Positions 33,204 to 41,910 of a stretch of DNA of 64,000 bases are shown here, piece by piece; positions within the stretch are counted from its first letter, which is position 1, and every line of letters starts with the position of its first letter. Below the pieces are notes generated by a model. The model worked only from the letters and a program-made list of their open reading frames with translations. It had not been told where the DNA came from and did not search any database. The position numbers and the translations under genes were made by a program. The stretch comes from Candidatus Caccalectryoclostridium excrementigallinarum (lineage in GTDB: Bacteria; Bacillota; Clostridia; Christensenellales; UBA3700), in contig DVNJ01000015.1 in assembly GCA_018714485.1 (NCBI GenBank), positions 35,217-99,216 on the forward strand, written 5' to 3'.

Positions 33204-34697
33204 CTATGCCGCTTTTGCCATTTCCGAAAACTCCGCGACGCAGACTTCGCTCGCATATGTGCTTCCGTCGCGCTCGTAAGTTATCCTGAACGAATCGCCC
33301 GCTTTGAGCGCGTAGAGGGGATAGGAGAGCATATAGTTGCGTTCGATGACATATTCCGTCTCTTGTCCGCCCGAGGTAACGATCACCTTTTCGATGACGT
33401 CGCCCTCGCGCAGTCCCAGCGCCTCGGCGATACCGCCCTCGGTCACGGAGACGACGGTCGTGTCCGCCGTTATCTTGCCGCTGCCGCTCGTTTTATCATA
33501 CTCATAGCGCGAATTTTCCTCGCTTACGCTCACTCCGAGCGTGAGCTTATATGCTCCCGAAGTGTCGCTGTCATTATCGGTCGCGTAATAATACATATTT
33601 TCAATGACGCTTTTGACCGTGTCGACGGGTATGGCGTAATTGATGCCCTGTTCCTCTTCACCGTTACCCGCATGCGGCACGCCGATCAGCTCTCCGTCCA
33701 CGTTAAAACAGCCGCCGCCCGAATTTCCGCCGTACATAGCCGCGTCCACGCGCATGGAGCGATGGCTCGTGACATTCGAGCTTATCTGCAAATTGATGTT
33801 TTCGCTGTGCACGCTCACGATCCCTTCCGTAACGCTGATCCCGTCGCCGCCCGTGTTGCCGATGACGACGGCGGTGTCGCCCACGTCGTAGCCGTCCGCA
33901 AAGACGACCTCCTGCACGTCGGGATTTATGCTCTTCACGTCCTGCGTCTTCGCGCGCAGCAGCGCCAGATCGTTTTCTTCCGAGCCGCCCGCATATTCGC
34001 ATTCGATCGCATAATCCCCGTAGACATATTCGTTATAGCCGTTCACGCTCTCGCCCGTGCTCGAGGGAGAACCTTCGCTGCCGTAAAGATAGACGATGAT
34101 ACGGCGGGCGATATGCTTGTCGCTCGCGCCCGAGAGCGAATATTCCAAGTTGTCGTCGTTGCCGTTTTGGCTGTAAACGACGTGATAATTAGTGATGAAA
34201 TATGTGTATTCGGCGTCTATTTTATAGATGACCGCCGAGCCGGTATAGACCGCCGTGCCCGTCGTTTCGCCGCCGAAGGGGAACATGGAGTTTTGCTTGC
34301 TCTCGTAAAACTCCGTATAGACCGCCGCCGCCGAGAGCAGAGCGGAGGCTATCACTTGCGAATTGTCGCCGCCCACGCTCACGTCCATGAACTTGTCCAC
34401 GAACTCCTCAAACGTGAGATCGTCATCGCCCGTTTCCGCCTTGTATTGCTCGAAAATGTCCTGCGCGGTGACGCTTTCGCCGTCCTTGCCGTCCGCGCCG
34501 TTGGTCACACGGAATTCGCCCGTGCTGCCGTCGCTGTAATAAATGGTGTAGATGTCGATATCGCCCTGCGTGCCCGTCTTTTCGATCGACTCGATACTCA
34601 CGCCGTCCTTGCCGTTTGTGACGCAGGCGGATAAACTCAATGCGACGATCGCCGTCAAAAGCACGATCGCCACGAGCCAAACTTTTCCCTTTTTCAT
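33204..34697 (-). CDS. secreted/lipoprotein S1C (trypsin-like) serine protease with C-terminal PDZ-like region
   Basis: ORF 33204-34889. Start set to ATG 34695-34697 (MKKGKVWLVAIVLLTAIVALSLSAC, lipobox). Serine motif GGNSGGG. Confidence 0.8.
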   Translation of the reverse strand: MKKGKVWLVAIVLLTAIVALSLSACVTNGKDGVSIESIEKTGTQGDIDIYTIYYSDGSTGEFRVTNGADGKDGESVTAQDIFEQYKAETGDDDLTFEEFVDKFMDVSVGGDNSQVIASALLSAAAVYTEFYESKQNSMFPFGGETTGTAVYTGSAVIYKIDAEYTYFITNYHVVYSQNGNDDNLEYSLSGASDKHIARRIIVYLYGSEGSPSSTGESVNGYNEYVYGDYAIECEYAGGSEENDLALLRAKTQDVKSINPDVQEVVFADGYDVGDTAVVIGNTGGDGISVTEGIVSVHSENINLQISSNVTSHRSMRVDAAMYGGNSGGGCFNVDGELIGVPHAGNGEEEQGINYAIPVDTVKSVIENMYYYATDNDSDTSGAYKLTLGVSVSEENSRYEYDKTSGSGKITADTTVVSVTEGGIAEALGLREGDVIEKVIVTSGGQETEYVIERNYMLSYPLYALKAGDSFRITYERDGSTYASEVCVAEFSEMAKAA

Positions 34698-34916
34698 ATA
34701 AACCCTCTCTTTTCCCGCTCTCCGCAACCGGCAAAAGCGGTCTTGCAACCTTATGATAACAGAGGTTTTTGCTTTGTTCAATACGGTTTTTTGTAAATTT
34801 TTCCGCCTTTTCGCAAAATTTACTTTTCCCGCGCGCGGCTTTTGAGGAAAAGCTCTTTCTTTGCTCCATGATTTTCTCGAATTATCCATAATAACAGCGA
34901 TTTTAATATAACTTTT

Positions 34917-34946
34917 ATTTTCGAATATATTTATATATTCGAAAAT
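34917..34946. promoter_or_regulatory. 30-bp AT-rich near-perfect palindrome (candidate operator)
   Basis: ATTTTCGAATATAT-TT-ATATATTCGAAAAT. 14-bp arms with all 14 pairs complementary. Sits 14 nt upstream of the -35 at 34960. Confidence 0.6.
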
Positions 34947-34959
34947 AACATCAAAATAC

Positions 34960-34988
34960 TTGTCTAATTATTATAAATATTGTATAAT
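34960..34988 (+). promoter_or_regulatory. promoter (leaderless geometry) of the 96-aa ORF
   Basis: TTGTCT (34960-34965) - 17 nt - TATAAT (34983-34988). ATG at 34996. Confidence 0.55.
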
Positions 34989-34995
34989 TTTATCC

Positions 34996-35286
34996 ATGAA
35001 AATCGAAAAGGATCTTCTCTTTTATTTTTATGCCATAGGTTACACCCGCTCGGCTCTTGCCAAACAGAGCGGTAAAAAGCTCGCCGAGCTGAGCCAAGCC
35101 ATCAGGGCGGCTTTGCAGGCGCGCGCGACCTGTTCGTTTTACGGCGCGCTCCGCCCCGACTCGGATACGATCAGAAAAGAGCTTTTCTCCCGCCGCCTGC
35201 TCGCCATGGTCGGCGCGGACAGAAGGCGGCTGCTGCGCGCCTTAGCGGAGACGGAAGGCTACGAACTAAGCAAAAAACCTCGCTGA
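34996..35286 (+). CDS. hypothetical 96-aa protein
   Basis: Track ORF 34960-35286 starts at TTG, inside the -35 element. The first ATG is at 34996 (MKIEKDLLFYFY...). G/C-rich third codon positions match other genes. No family recognised. Confidence 0.45.
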   Translation: MKIEKDLLFYFYAIGYTRSALAKQSGKKLAELSQAIRAALQARATCSFYGALRPDSDTIRKELFSRRLLAMVGADRRRLLRALAETEGYELSKKPR

Positions 35287-35311
35287 GCGCAGCTTTCCCC
35301 CGCGCTTATAT

Positions 35312-35340
35312 TTGCGCGCGGCGGCGAGCTGTGGTATAAT
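35312..35340 (+). promoter_or_regulatory. promoter of mnmG-rsmG-recF (leaderless geometry)
   Basis: TTGCGC (35312-35317) - 17 nt ending in TGg - TATAAT (35335-35340). ATG at 35348, no SD. Confidence 0.55.
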
Positions 35341-35347
35341 ATCCGAT

Positions 35348-37201
35348 ATGGAAAAGGTTTACGACGGGATAGTTATCGGCGGCGGTCACGCGGGCGTGGA
35401 GGCGGCTTTGGCGCTGGCGCGCACGGGGCTTAAAACGCTGATGATGACGCTCACCCCCGACGCCATCGCCTATATGGCGTGCAATCCCTCCGTGGGCGGC
35501 ACGGCGAAAGGGCATCTCGTGCGCGAGATAGACGCGCTGGGAGGGCAGATGGGGCTGAACGCGGACGCGACCGCCCTGCAAATGCGCATGCTCAACCGCG
35601 GCAAGGGCGAGGCGGTGCATTCTCTGCGCGCGCAGTCGGACAAGATCAAATACCATCTCAACATGAAGCGCACGCTCGAAGAGCAGGAAAACTTGGATAT
35701 CCTGCAAGCCGAAGCCGCCGAGATACTCGTCGCGGGCGGAAAGGTGCGCGGCGTCAAGACCACTCTCGGCGACACCTATGAAGCGCGCGCGGTGATCGTC
35801 GCCACGGGCGTTTATCTCAATTCGGACATAATAACGGGGGAGTGGAAGAAGGAGAGCGGTCCATCCGGCTTTGCCTGCGCGACTTTCCTCACGCAAAGCC
35901 TTGTCTCTTTGGGGCTTGAAGTGCGCCGTTTCAAGACGGGCACGCCCGCGAGGTTGGACGGCAGGACGATAGACTATTCGCGCATGCAGGCTCAGGAGGG
36001 CGAGGACGTCTATGCCTTCTCCTTCATGACGGAAGGAAAGGTGGAAAACAAGGCGAAATGCTATCTCACTTACACGACGCAGGCGACCAAGGACGTCATC
36101 ATGCGCAACATAAGCCGTTCCCCCCTTTATAACGGTACGATAAAGAGCACGGGTCCGCGCTACTGCCCGTCGATCGAGGACAAGGTCATGCGCTTTGCCG
36201 ACAAGGAGCGGCACCAGATCTTCCTCGAACCCGAGAGCGCGTTCACCCACGAAGTCTATGCGCAGGGCATGTCTTCCTCCCTTCCTTTCGACGTTCAGGA
36301 AGAGATGTATCACACGGTCACGGGCTTGGAACGGGCGCGTATCGTGCGCTACGCTTACGCCATAGAATACGACTGCATCGACAGTACCCGCCTTCTCCCC
36401 ACCTTGCAGGTCAAGGGTGTGGAAGGGCTGTTCACGGCGGGGCAGATAAACGGCAGTTCGGGCTATGAAGAAGCCGCCGCGCAGGGCATAATGGCGGGGA
36501 TAAACGCCTCGCTCATGCTCAGGAACATGCCGCCGCTCGTGCTCAGCCGCGACGAGGCATATATCGGCGTGCTCATCGACGATCTGGTCACAAAGGGCAC
36601 GAACGAGCCTTACCGCATGATGACCGCGCGCGCCGAACACCGCCTGCATTTGAGGCAAGAAAACGCGGATATGCGCCTCACGCCCAAGGGCAGAGAGGTC
36701 GGGCTGGTGGACGACGAGCGCTGGGAAAAATTTAAAAAAAAGCAGGAGCAGTTCGAGATTTTTTCACCCCTGCTCGGCGATTTCGCGCCCAAAGCGCCGA
36801 CAAGCGCCTTTCTCGAAGAGATAAAAGAGGGGGGAGAGGGGAATTATTCTTATGAGCAGCTCTTCAAGCGCACGGGCACGAGCACAGCGAGCGTCAAGCG
36901 CTTTTTCCCCACCTGGAAAGATTGCGACGAGCGCGTGCTCGGCGAGCTTATCACCCGCTGCCGTTACAGCGGCTATATGGAAAAACAGCGCGCGGCGATA
37001 GAAAAGGAAAGAAAGATGTCTTCCCGCCTTATCCCGCCCGACATAGATTATCTCAACATGCACGGGCTGAGGCTGGAAGCTCGGCAAAAGCTGGACAAGA
37101 TCCGCCCCGTCGACTTGGGTCAGGCGGCGCGCATTTCGGGCGTTTCGCCCGCGGATATTGCCGTGCTCATGGTGCGCCTTGCGGGGAGGGGAGAGCAATG
37201 A
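35348..37201 (+). CDS. mnmG: tRNA uridine 5-carboxymethylaminomethyl modification enzyme
   Basis: ORF 35312-37201. MEKVYDGIVIGGGHAGVEAALALAR FAD motif; full-length GidA-like. Confidence 0.95.
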   Translation: MEKVYDGIVIGGGHAGVEAALALARTGLKTLMMTLTPDAIAYMACNPSVGGTAKGHLVREIDALGGQMGLNADATALQMRMLNRGKGEAVHSLRAQSDKIKYHLNMKRTLEEQENLDILQAEAAEILVAGGKVRGVKTTLGDTYEARAVIVATGVYLNSDIITGEWKKESGPSGFACATFLTQSLVSLGLEVRRFKTGTPARLDGRTIDYSRMQAQEGEDVYAFSFMTEGKVENKAKCYLTYTTQATKDVIMRNISRSPLYNGTIKSTGPRYCPSIEDKVMRFADKERHQIFLEPESAFTHEVYAQGMSSSLPFDVQEEMYHTVTGLERARIVRYAYAIEYDCIDSTRLLPTLQVKGVEGLFTAGQINGSSGYEEAAAQGIMAGINASLMLRNMPPLVLSRDEAYIGVLIDDLVTKGTNEPYRMMTARAEHRLHLRQENADMRLTPKGREVGLVDDERWEKFKKKQEQFEIFSPLLGDFAPKAPTSAFLEEIKEGGEGNYSYEQLFKRTGTSTASVKRFFPTWKDCDERVLGELITRCRYSGYMEKQRAAIEKERKMSSRLIPPDIDYLNMHGLRLEARQKLDKIRPVDLGQAARISGVSPADIAVLMVRLAGRGEQ

Positions 37202-37878
37202 ACCTCGAAGCTCCCGCAAGAGAAGCGCTCGCGCGCTTTGAAGATAAGCTCGACGTTTTGCGCCGCTTCTTGCTGACGGAAAACGAAAAATACAACCTCA
37301 CCGCCCTCACGGAGGCGGAGGAGGTGAGCGCAAAGCACTTTTTCGACAGCTTTGCCGCCTCCCCCCTGCTGCCTTGCGGCGCGAGCGTTTGCGACGTGGG
37401 CTGCGGCGCGGGATTTCCCCTGCTCCCTCTCGCGCTCGCGCGCGGCGACTGCACCTTTCTCGGCGTGGACGCGACGGAAAAAAAGGTGAATTTCGTGCGC
37501 GCAGCCTCATCTCTTCTCGCTCTTGAAAACTGCCGCGCCGAGCATTTGCGCGCGGAAGAGCTTTGTTCTTCCCGAAGAGAGAGCTTTGACGTCGTCACCG
37601 CGCGCGCCGTGGCGGAACTTTCCGTCCTGTGCGAATATTGCCTGCCCCTTTTGAAAGAGGGTGGACTGATGATAGCTTACAAAGGTCCCGGAGCGAAGAC
37701 GGAGCTTGACGGGGCGAAAAAGGCGCTTTCCCTCTTGGGCGGAAGCGCGGAAAACGTGATCGGTTATTCGCTGCCCACGGGCGAAGAGCGCGCCCTCGTG
37801 CTCATTCGCAAGACGGGGCAAACGCCGCTCAAATACCCGCGCGGGGGCAATAAGCCGCGCCTCAAACCGCTGAAATAA
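37198..37878 (+). CDS. rsmG: 16S rRNA (guanine527-N7)-methyltransferase
   Basis: In-frame ATG at 37198 within track ORF 36922-37878. VCDVGCGAGFPLLPLA SAM motif. ATGA overlap with the mnmG stop. Confidence 0.9.
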   Translation: MNLEAPAREALARFEDKLDVLRRFLLTENEKYNLTALTEAEEVSAKHFFDSFAASPLLPCGASVCDVGCGAGFPLLPLALARGDCTFLGVDATEKKVNFVRAASSLLALENCRAEHLRAEELCSSRRESFDVVTARAVAELSVLCEYCLPLLKEGGLMIAYKGPGAKTELDGAKKALSLLGGSAENVIGYSLPTGEERALVLIRKTGQTPLKYPRGGNKPRLKPLK

Positions 37879-38945
37879 TGTTCGTAAAGTCTGTTTTTCT
37901 CAATAACTTCCGCAACTATAAGGAAAAGACCGTCCGCTTTTCGGAGGGTCTGAACGTCATTGCGGGACCGAACGCCACGGGAAAGACAAACCTCTTGGAG
38001 AGCGTTTATATGTGCGGCTTGGGCAATTCGCCGCGCGTGAGCCGCGATAAGGACGTGATCATGTGGGGAGAAACGGGCGCCTATATCCGCCTCGAACTGC
38101 AAAAGAAATTCCGCCTGCACACCATCGAGATGTATATCGACTCGCGCGAGAAAAAGCGCGTGGCGATCGACGGGATACCCATAAGCAGGCTTTCTCAGCT
38201 TATCGGGACTCTCGGCGTCGTCTTTTTTTCTCCCGACGAACTCAAGCTCGTCAAAGACGCGCCCTCGGAAAGGCGGCGGTTCATGGACGTCTCGCTCTGC
38301 CAGCAGTCCTCGAAATATCTCTTTTCCCTCTCGCGTTACAACGCCGTGCTCTTGCGGCGCAACAAGCTGCTCAAAACGCTTCCCGTGGGCGAGGATCTGA
38401 AAAACGCGCTGCATGTCTGGGACTTACAGCTCGCGCAGGAGGGGGCGAGGGTGATAAAGGCGCGTTACTCCTTTGCGCGCGAACTCAAAGCCTTTGCCGC
38501 GGAGAAGCATCTCACGCTCAGCTCGGGCAGGGAAGAGCTTTCGCTCGAATATGAAAGCGACGTCCCCGACGGCGAGGAAAAGCAGATAGAAGAGGCGCTG
38601 CTAGGTCGGCTTTTTTTGAGTTACGACAAGGACTGCGCCCTGCAATATACGACGGTGGGACCGCATAAGGACGACATAAAGATCTCTTTAAGCGGCGTAG
38701 ACGTGCGCAAGTTCGGCTCGCAGGGGCAGCAGCGCACGGCGGCGCTCTCGCTCAAACTCGCCGAGATCTCTCTTTTCACGGACAATACGGGCGAACAGCC
38801 CGTGCTTTTGCTCGACGACGTACTCTCCGAGCTGGATAAGGACCGCCGCGCGACGCTGCTTGAAGAGACCTCGCTTTTGCAGACGATAATCACCTGCACG
38901 GAATATGAAGAGAGTGCGGCGGCGAATATCATCAAAACGCGCTGA
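37878..38945 (+). CDS. recF: DNA replication and repair protein RecF
   Basis: 355 aa. Walker A GPNATGKTNLLES, signature FGSQGQQRT, Walker B LLLDDVLSELD. TAATG overlap with the rsmG stop. Confidence 0.9.
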   Translation: MFVKSVFLNNFRNYKEKTVRFSEGLNVIAGPNATGKTNLLESVYMCGLGNSPRVSRDKDVIMWGETGAYIRLELQKKFRLHTIEMYIDSREKKRVAIDGIPISRLSQLIGTLGVVFFSPDELKLVKDAPSERRRFMDVSLCQQSSKYLFSLSRYNAVLLRRNKLLKTLPVGEDLKNALHVWDLQLAQEGARVIKARYSFARELKAFAAEKHLTLSSGREELSLEYESDVPDGEEKQIEEALLGRLFLSYDKDCALQYTTVGPHKDDIKISLSGVDVRKFGSQGQQRTAALSLKLAEISLFTDNTGEQPVLLLDDVLSELDKDRRATLLEETSLLQTIITCTEYEESAAANIIKTR

Positions 38946-38985
38946 TTTTTCCGCCCCTGCCCCTAAAAAACGCTTGAAACAACAT

Positions 38986-39016
38986 AAAAAGTCCGCCTCA
39001 AAAGGCGGACTTTTTC
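38986..39016. terminator. bidirectional intrinsic terminator (recF / rubrerythrin)
   Basis: GTCCGCC (38991-38997) - TCAAAA - GGCGGAC (39004-39010), flanked by AAAAA and TTTTT. Confidence 0.8.
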
Positions 39017-39030
39017 TTGCTTTTTCTTTC

Positions 39031-39573
39031 TCAGTAATTTTCTTTGCGCAGCTGGAAATAAGCCTTGGGATGGGCGCAGACGGGACAGACTTCGGGAGCC
39101 GTTTTGCCGATATGTATGTGTCCGCAGTTGCGGCATTCCCAGACGGCGTCGCCGTCGCGGGAGAAGACTATGCCGCCGTCGATGTTGGCAAGCAGCTTGC
39201 GATAACGCTCTTCGTGCGTCTTTTCGATCGCCGCCACGCCTCTGAACTGACGGGCTATCTCGTCAAAGCCCTCTTCCTCCGCCTCTTTGGCGAAAGTCGC
39301 ATACATGTCCGTCCATTCGTAATTCTCGCCCGCCGCCGCGTCGGCAAGGTTGGCGACAGTGTCGGGGATCCCGCCGTGGAGCAGCTTGAACCACATTTTC
39401 GCGTGTTCTTTCTCGTTGTTCGCCGTCTCCTCGAAGATCGCCGCTATCTGCTCGTAGCCGTCCTTCTTGGCTTTGGAAGCATAATAGGTATATTTGTTGC
39501 GCGCCTGCGATTCGCCGGCAAAAGCGGTCATCAGATTTTGCTCGGTCTTGGTGCCTTTGAGATCCTTCATCAT
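39031..39573 (-). CDS. rubrerythrin
   Basis: 180 aa. Ferritin-like diiron ExxH motifs ([21 protein letters not shown]) and C-terminal rubredoxin CRNCG...CPVC. Confidence 0.9.
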   Translation of the reverse strand: MMKDLKGTKTEQNLMTAFAGESQARNKYTYYASKAKKDGYEQIAAIFEETANNEKEHAKMWFKLLHGGIPDTVANLADAAAGENYEWTDMYATFAKEAEEEGFDEIARQFRGVAAIEKTHEERYRKLLANIDGGIVFSRDGDAVWECRNCGHIHIGKTAPEVCPVCAHPKAYFQLRKENY

Positions 39574-40976
39574 TTATCCTCCTTTTCGTCCGCGTCTTTT
39601 TTCTCTTTGTCGCGGCTCTCTTCATTATATTCCTTTTCGCCCTCTTCGTCAATAGGCTTTTTCTCTTCGCGCAGGATAACGCCCGTTATGCGGTGCTTTT
39701 CCACCTTGGTGACCTCAATGAGGATATCGCCGTCGCGGGCGGTGGCGGTGGCGCCGTCGTCGGGGATATAGCCCAGCACGTTGCACACATAGCCGCTCAC
39801 GGTCTCGCAGTCTTGCTTCTTCTCTTCGGGGAAAATTATCCCCGTCTCTTCCTCCGCCTCTTCTATGGGCACGAGCCCGGTCAGCTCCCAGCTCCCGTCC
39901 TCGAGCTTCTTCACGCCGTATTCGTCCGTTTCGTCCTTGTCCGTCATCTCGCCCACGAGCAGTTCGAGCAGGTCGCGTATGGTGATTATGCCGTCCGTGC
40001 CGCCGAATTCGTCAAGGACGATGGCGACATGCTCGCGCGCGTTCTGCATCTTGTAAAACAGCGTGTTTGCCGGCATGCTCTCATGCACGAAGAAGACGGG
40101 GTGGACGGCGTTTTTCATCACGTTCTCGCGCGATCTGTCTTTCAGGCGGAAATAGTCGCGCGTGTCGAGCATGCCGATGACCTCGTCCATATCCTCGCCG
40201 CAGACGGGATAATAGCCGTGACGGGTGCCGTAAATAGTCTCTTCCCATTCCTTGTCGCTGTCGCCCGAGAAGACGGCGATGACGTCCTTTCTATGCGTAC
40301 AAGCCTCGTCCGCCGTCTTGTCTTTGAAGTCGAAGACGTTCTGAATGAGTTCGGTCTCGGATTCGGCGATGTGTCCCGCCTCGCTTCCCGCTTCCGCCAT
40401 GAGCACTATCTCTTCCTCGGTGACGGGGTTATCCTCTTCGTCGGGCTTGATACCGATGAGGCGCAAAATGCCGTTGGAAGTCACGGTGAGCAGCCAGACG
40501 AAGGGGGCGAAGATCACGGAGACGACTTTGAGAAGTCCCGAGATGCCCAAAGCCATCTTTTCCGACTTGCGCATGGCGATACGCTTGGGGATTATCTCGC
40601 CGAAGACGATGTTGAAAAACGCCAGGATTATGGTGAGCAGGATCATGCAGAGAACGTTGATCGCGCTCGCCGCCGTACCCGCGGGATCGAGCCCCGCGCC
40701 GCTTACTATGGCTCCCGCCAAAGGTTCGGCAAAGCTGTCCGCGGCAAAGGCGCTGCCCAAAAGTCCCGCCAAGGTGATCGCCACCTGAATGGTGGAGAGG
40801 ACCTTGGATTGGTCTTTGGTCAGAGAAAGCAGCCTTTTGGCGCGCTTATTGCCCTCTTCCGCCAATTTTTTGAGTTTTGCGTCGTTGACGGATATGACCG
40901 CTATCTCCGCGCCCGCGAAAATAGCGTTGAGCGCGATAAGCACTATCTGTACGACAACCGCTAAAATATACTTCAT
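39570..40976 (-). CDS. CNNM/CorC-HlyC family transporter (DUF21-CBS pair-CorC_HlyC)
   Basis: 468 aa. N-terminal 4-TM DUF21, CBS region, C-terminal transporter-associated domain, acidic tail. Confidence 0.85.
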   Translation of the reverse strand: MKYILAVVVQIVLIALNAIFAGAEIAVISVNDAKLKKLAEEGNKRAKRLLSLTKDQSKVLSTIQVAITLAGLLGSAFAADSFAEPLAGAIVSGAGLDPAGTAASAINVLCMILLTIILAFFNIVFGEIIPKRIAMRKSEKMALGISGLLKVVSVIFAPFVWLLTVTSNGILRLIGIKPDEEDNPVTEEEIVLMAEAGSEAGHIAESETELIQNVFDFKDKTADEACTHRKDVIAVFSGDSDKEWEETIYGTRHGYYPVCGEDMDEVIGMLDTRDYFRLKDRSRENVMKNAVHPVFFVHESMPANTLFYKMQNAREHVAIVLDEFGGTDGIITIRDLLELLVGEMTDKDETDEYGVKKLEDGSWELTGLVPIEEAEEETGIIFPEEKKQDCETVSGYVCNVLGYIPDDGATATARDGDILIEVTKVEKHRITGVILREEKKPIDEEGEKEYNEESRDKEKKDADEKEDK

Positions 40977-40993
40977 TTTTTACTCCTCTTTAT

Positions 40994-41037
40994 GCAAAAA
41001 AGCATAACCCGTATCTTGCGATTTTCGGATTATGCTT
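40994..41037 (-). terminator. intrinsic terminator/attenuator in the 5' leader of the CNNM gene
   Basis: Minus-strand RNA AGCAUAAUCCG - 14-nt loop - CGGGUUAUGCU followed by UUUUUG. The RBS AGAGGAG and ATG 40976 lie immediately downstream. Confidence 0.55.
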
Positions 41038-41098
41038 TGCTTTTTAGTCTCCTTTTTTCGTTTTTATTATGTGGATCCGAGTCGTTACTGTCGTCCAT
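41030..41098 (-). CDS. candidate 22-aa leader peptide (MDDSNDSDPHNKNEKRRLKSKA)
   Basis: My translation. ATG 41096-41098 is preceded by GAGGA. The stop TAA (41030-41032) lies inside the 5' arm of the downstream terminator stem. Confidence 0.35.
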   Translation of the reverse strand: MDDSNDSDPHNKNEKRRLKSKA

Positions 41099-41114
41099 AT
41101 TGTCCTCTTTTTCT

Positions 41115-41143
41115 ATCATAACACAAAATTTCAAATTTGGCAA
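41115..41143 (-). promoter_or_regulatory. promoter of the leader/CNNM transcript
   Basis: Minus-strand TTGCCA (41143-41138) - 17 nt - TATGAT (41120-41115). Confidence 0.55.
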
Positions 41144-41186
41144 GAAAAATTTTACAAAAGCGAAAATCGGGTCAAATGCCGCTGTT

Positions 41187-41435
41187 TTATGCGGTTTTTC
41201 CCGCTTTTTCCGCCATTTTGAGCGCGAGCGCGCCGCGTATCATCATATAAATGCCCGCCGCCGCGAGAAGGAATGCGGCGGAAAGCGCGTAAACGGCATA
41301 GGCGTAAGCCTTTGTTATCAGCGGCGAGACGATAAGTCCCAGCGCCGCGGCGGTAAAGAGCGCGGCAAAGACGGTCACCGCCGTGAAGGCGGCAAAGATC
41401 CGCCTTTGCCTTTTATCGTCCGCCCCGCCGTTCAA
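41187..41435 (-). CDS. hypothetical small two-TM membrane protein
   Basis: 82-aa track ORF begins at TTG, so the start is uncertain. Two hydrophobic helices. Overlaps the PPC gene stop by 4 nt. Confidence 0.35.
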   Translation of the reverse strand: MNGGADDKRQRRIFAAFTAVTVFAALFTAAALGLIVSPLITKAYAYAVYALSAAFLLAAAGIYMMIRGALALKMAEKAGKTA

Positions 41436-41851
41436 AACTCAAAGAGGTTGAGACCTATCTCGTCGCTGAACGCCCTGCCGACGCTCCCCTCGACGACGCG
41501 CACGACTATCTCGCAGGTCGCCGAAACGTGCGCCTCGTTGAGATGCCCGCCCGTGACCTTGCCGTATTCGTTGCCCGCGCTCATGTGCAGGTGTAGATAG
41601 GGCTTGCCGTCCATGCGCGTGATCGTGCCGGTGAGGGAAGTTATCTCGAAGTTGCCGTGAAAGTCGTTCTTGCGGTAGACCTTTTCCTGCGGGAAAAAGA
41701 CGCCCGCCGTAAAGCGGTCCACGGCGCCCAAGCCGCTCACGCAGCCCAAGGCTATGTCCTCTTTTTCCGCCAAAGCCGCGAGAGAAGAGAGTATCTCCTC
41801 GCCGCGTTCGAGGCGGACGAAAAAGCTGCCGCCGAATTTTTTGTACTGCAT
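41432..41851 (-). CDS. PPC (DUF296) domain protein
   Basis: 139 aa. FVRLERGEEILSSL...GLGAV...HLHMSAG...GGHL pattern of DUF296/PPC proteins. AAGGAGA RBS. Confidence 0.75.
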   Translation of the reverse strand: MQYKKFGGSFFVRLERGEEILSSLAALAEKEDIALGCVSGLGAVDRFTAGVFFPQEKVYRKNDFHGNFEITSLTGTITRMDGKPYLHLHMSAGNEYGKVTGGHLNEAHVSATCEIVVRVVEGSVGRAFSDEIGLNLFEF

Positions 41852-41872
41852 ACGATTTCTCCTTTTTCGAGA

Positions 41873-41899
41873 GAAAAAAGGAGGGTCGCCCCTCCTTTT
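41873..41899 (-). terminator. intrinsic terminator after gyrA
   Basis: AGGAGGG (41879-41885) - 4-nt loop - CCCTCCT (41890-41896), followed by a T-run on the minus strand. Confidence 0.7.
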
Positions 41900-41910
41900 C
41901 TCATTTGTTG

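Noticed and set aside
40977-41143. M-box (Mg2+) riboswitch in the CNNM leader, and a c-di-AMP (ydaO) riboswitch near ktrAB (60380-60811).
   Set aside because: I could not find the conserved core sequences I remember for either class, and the ktr-adjacent region lies downstream, not upstream, of ktrAB. An Infernal scan would be needed to settle this.
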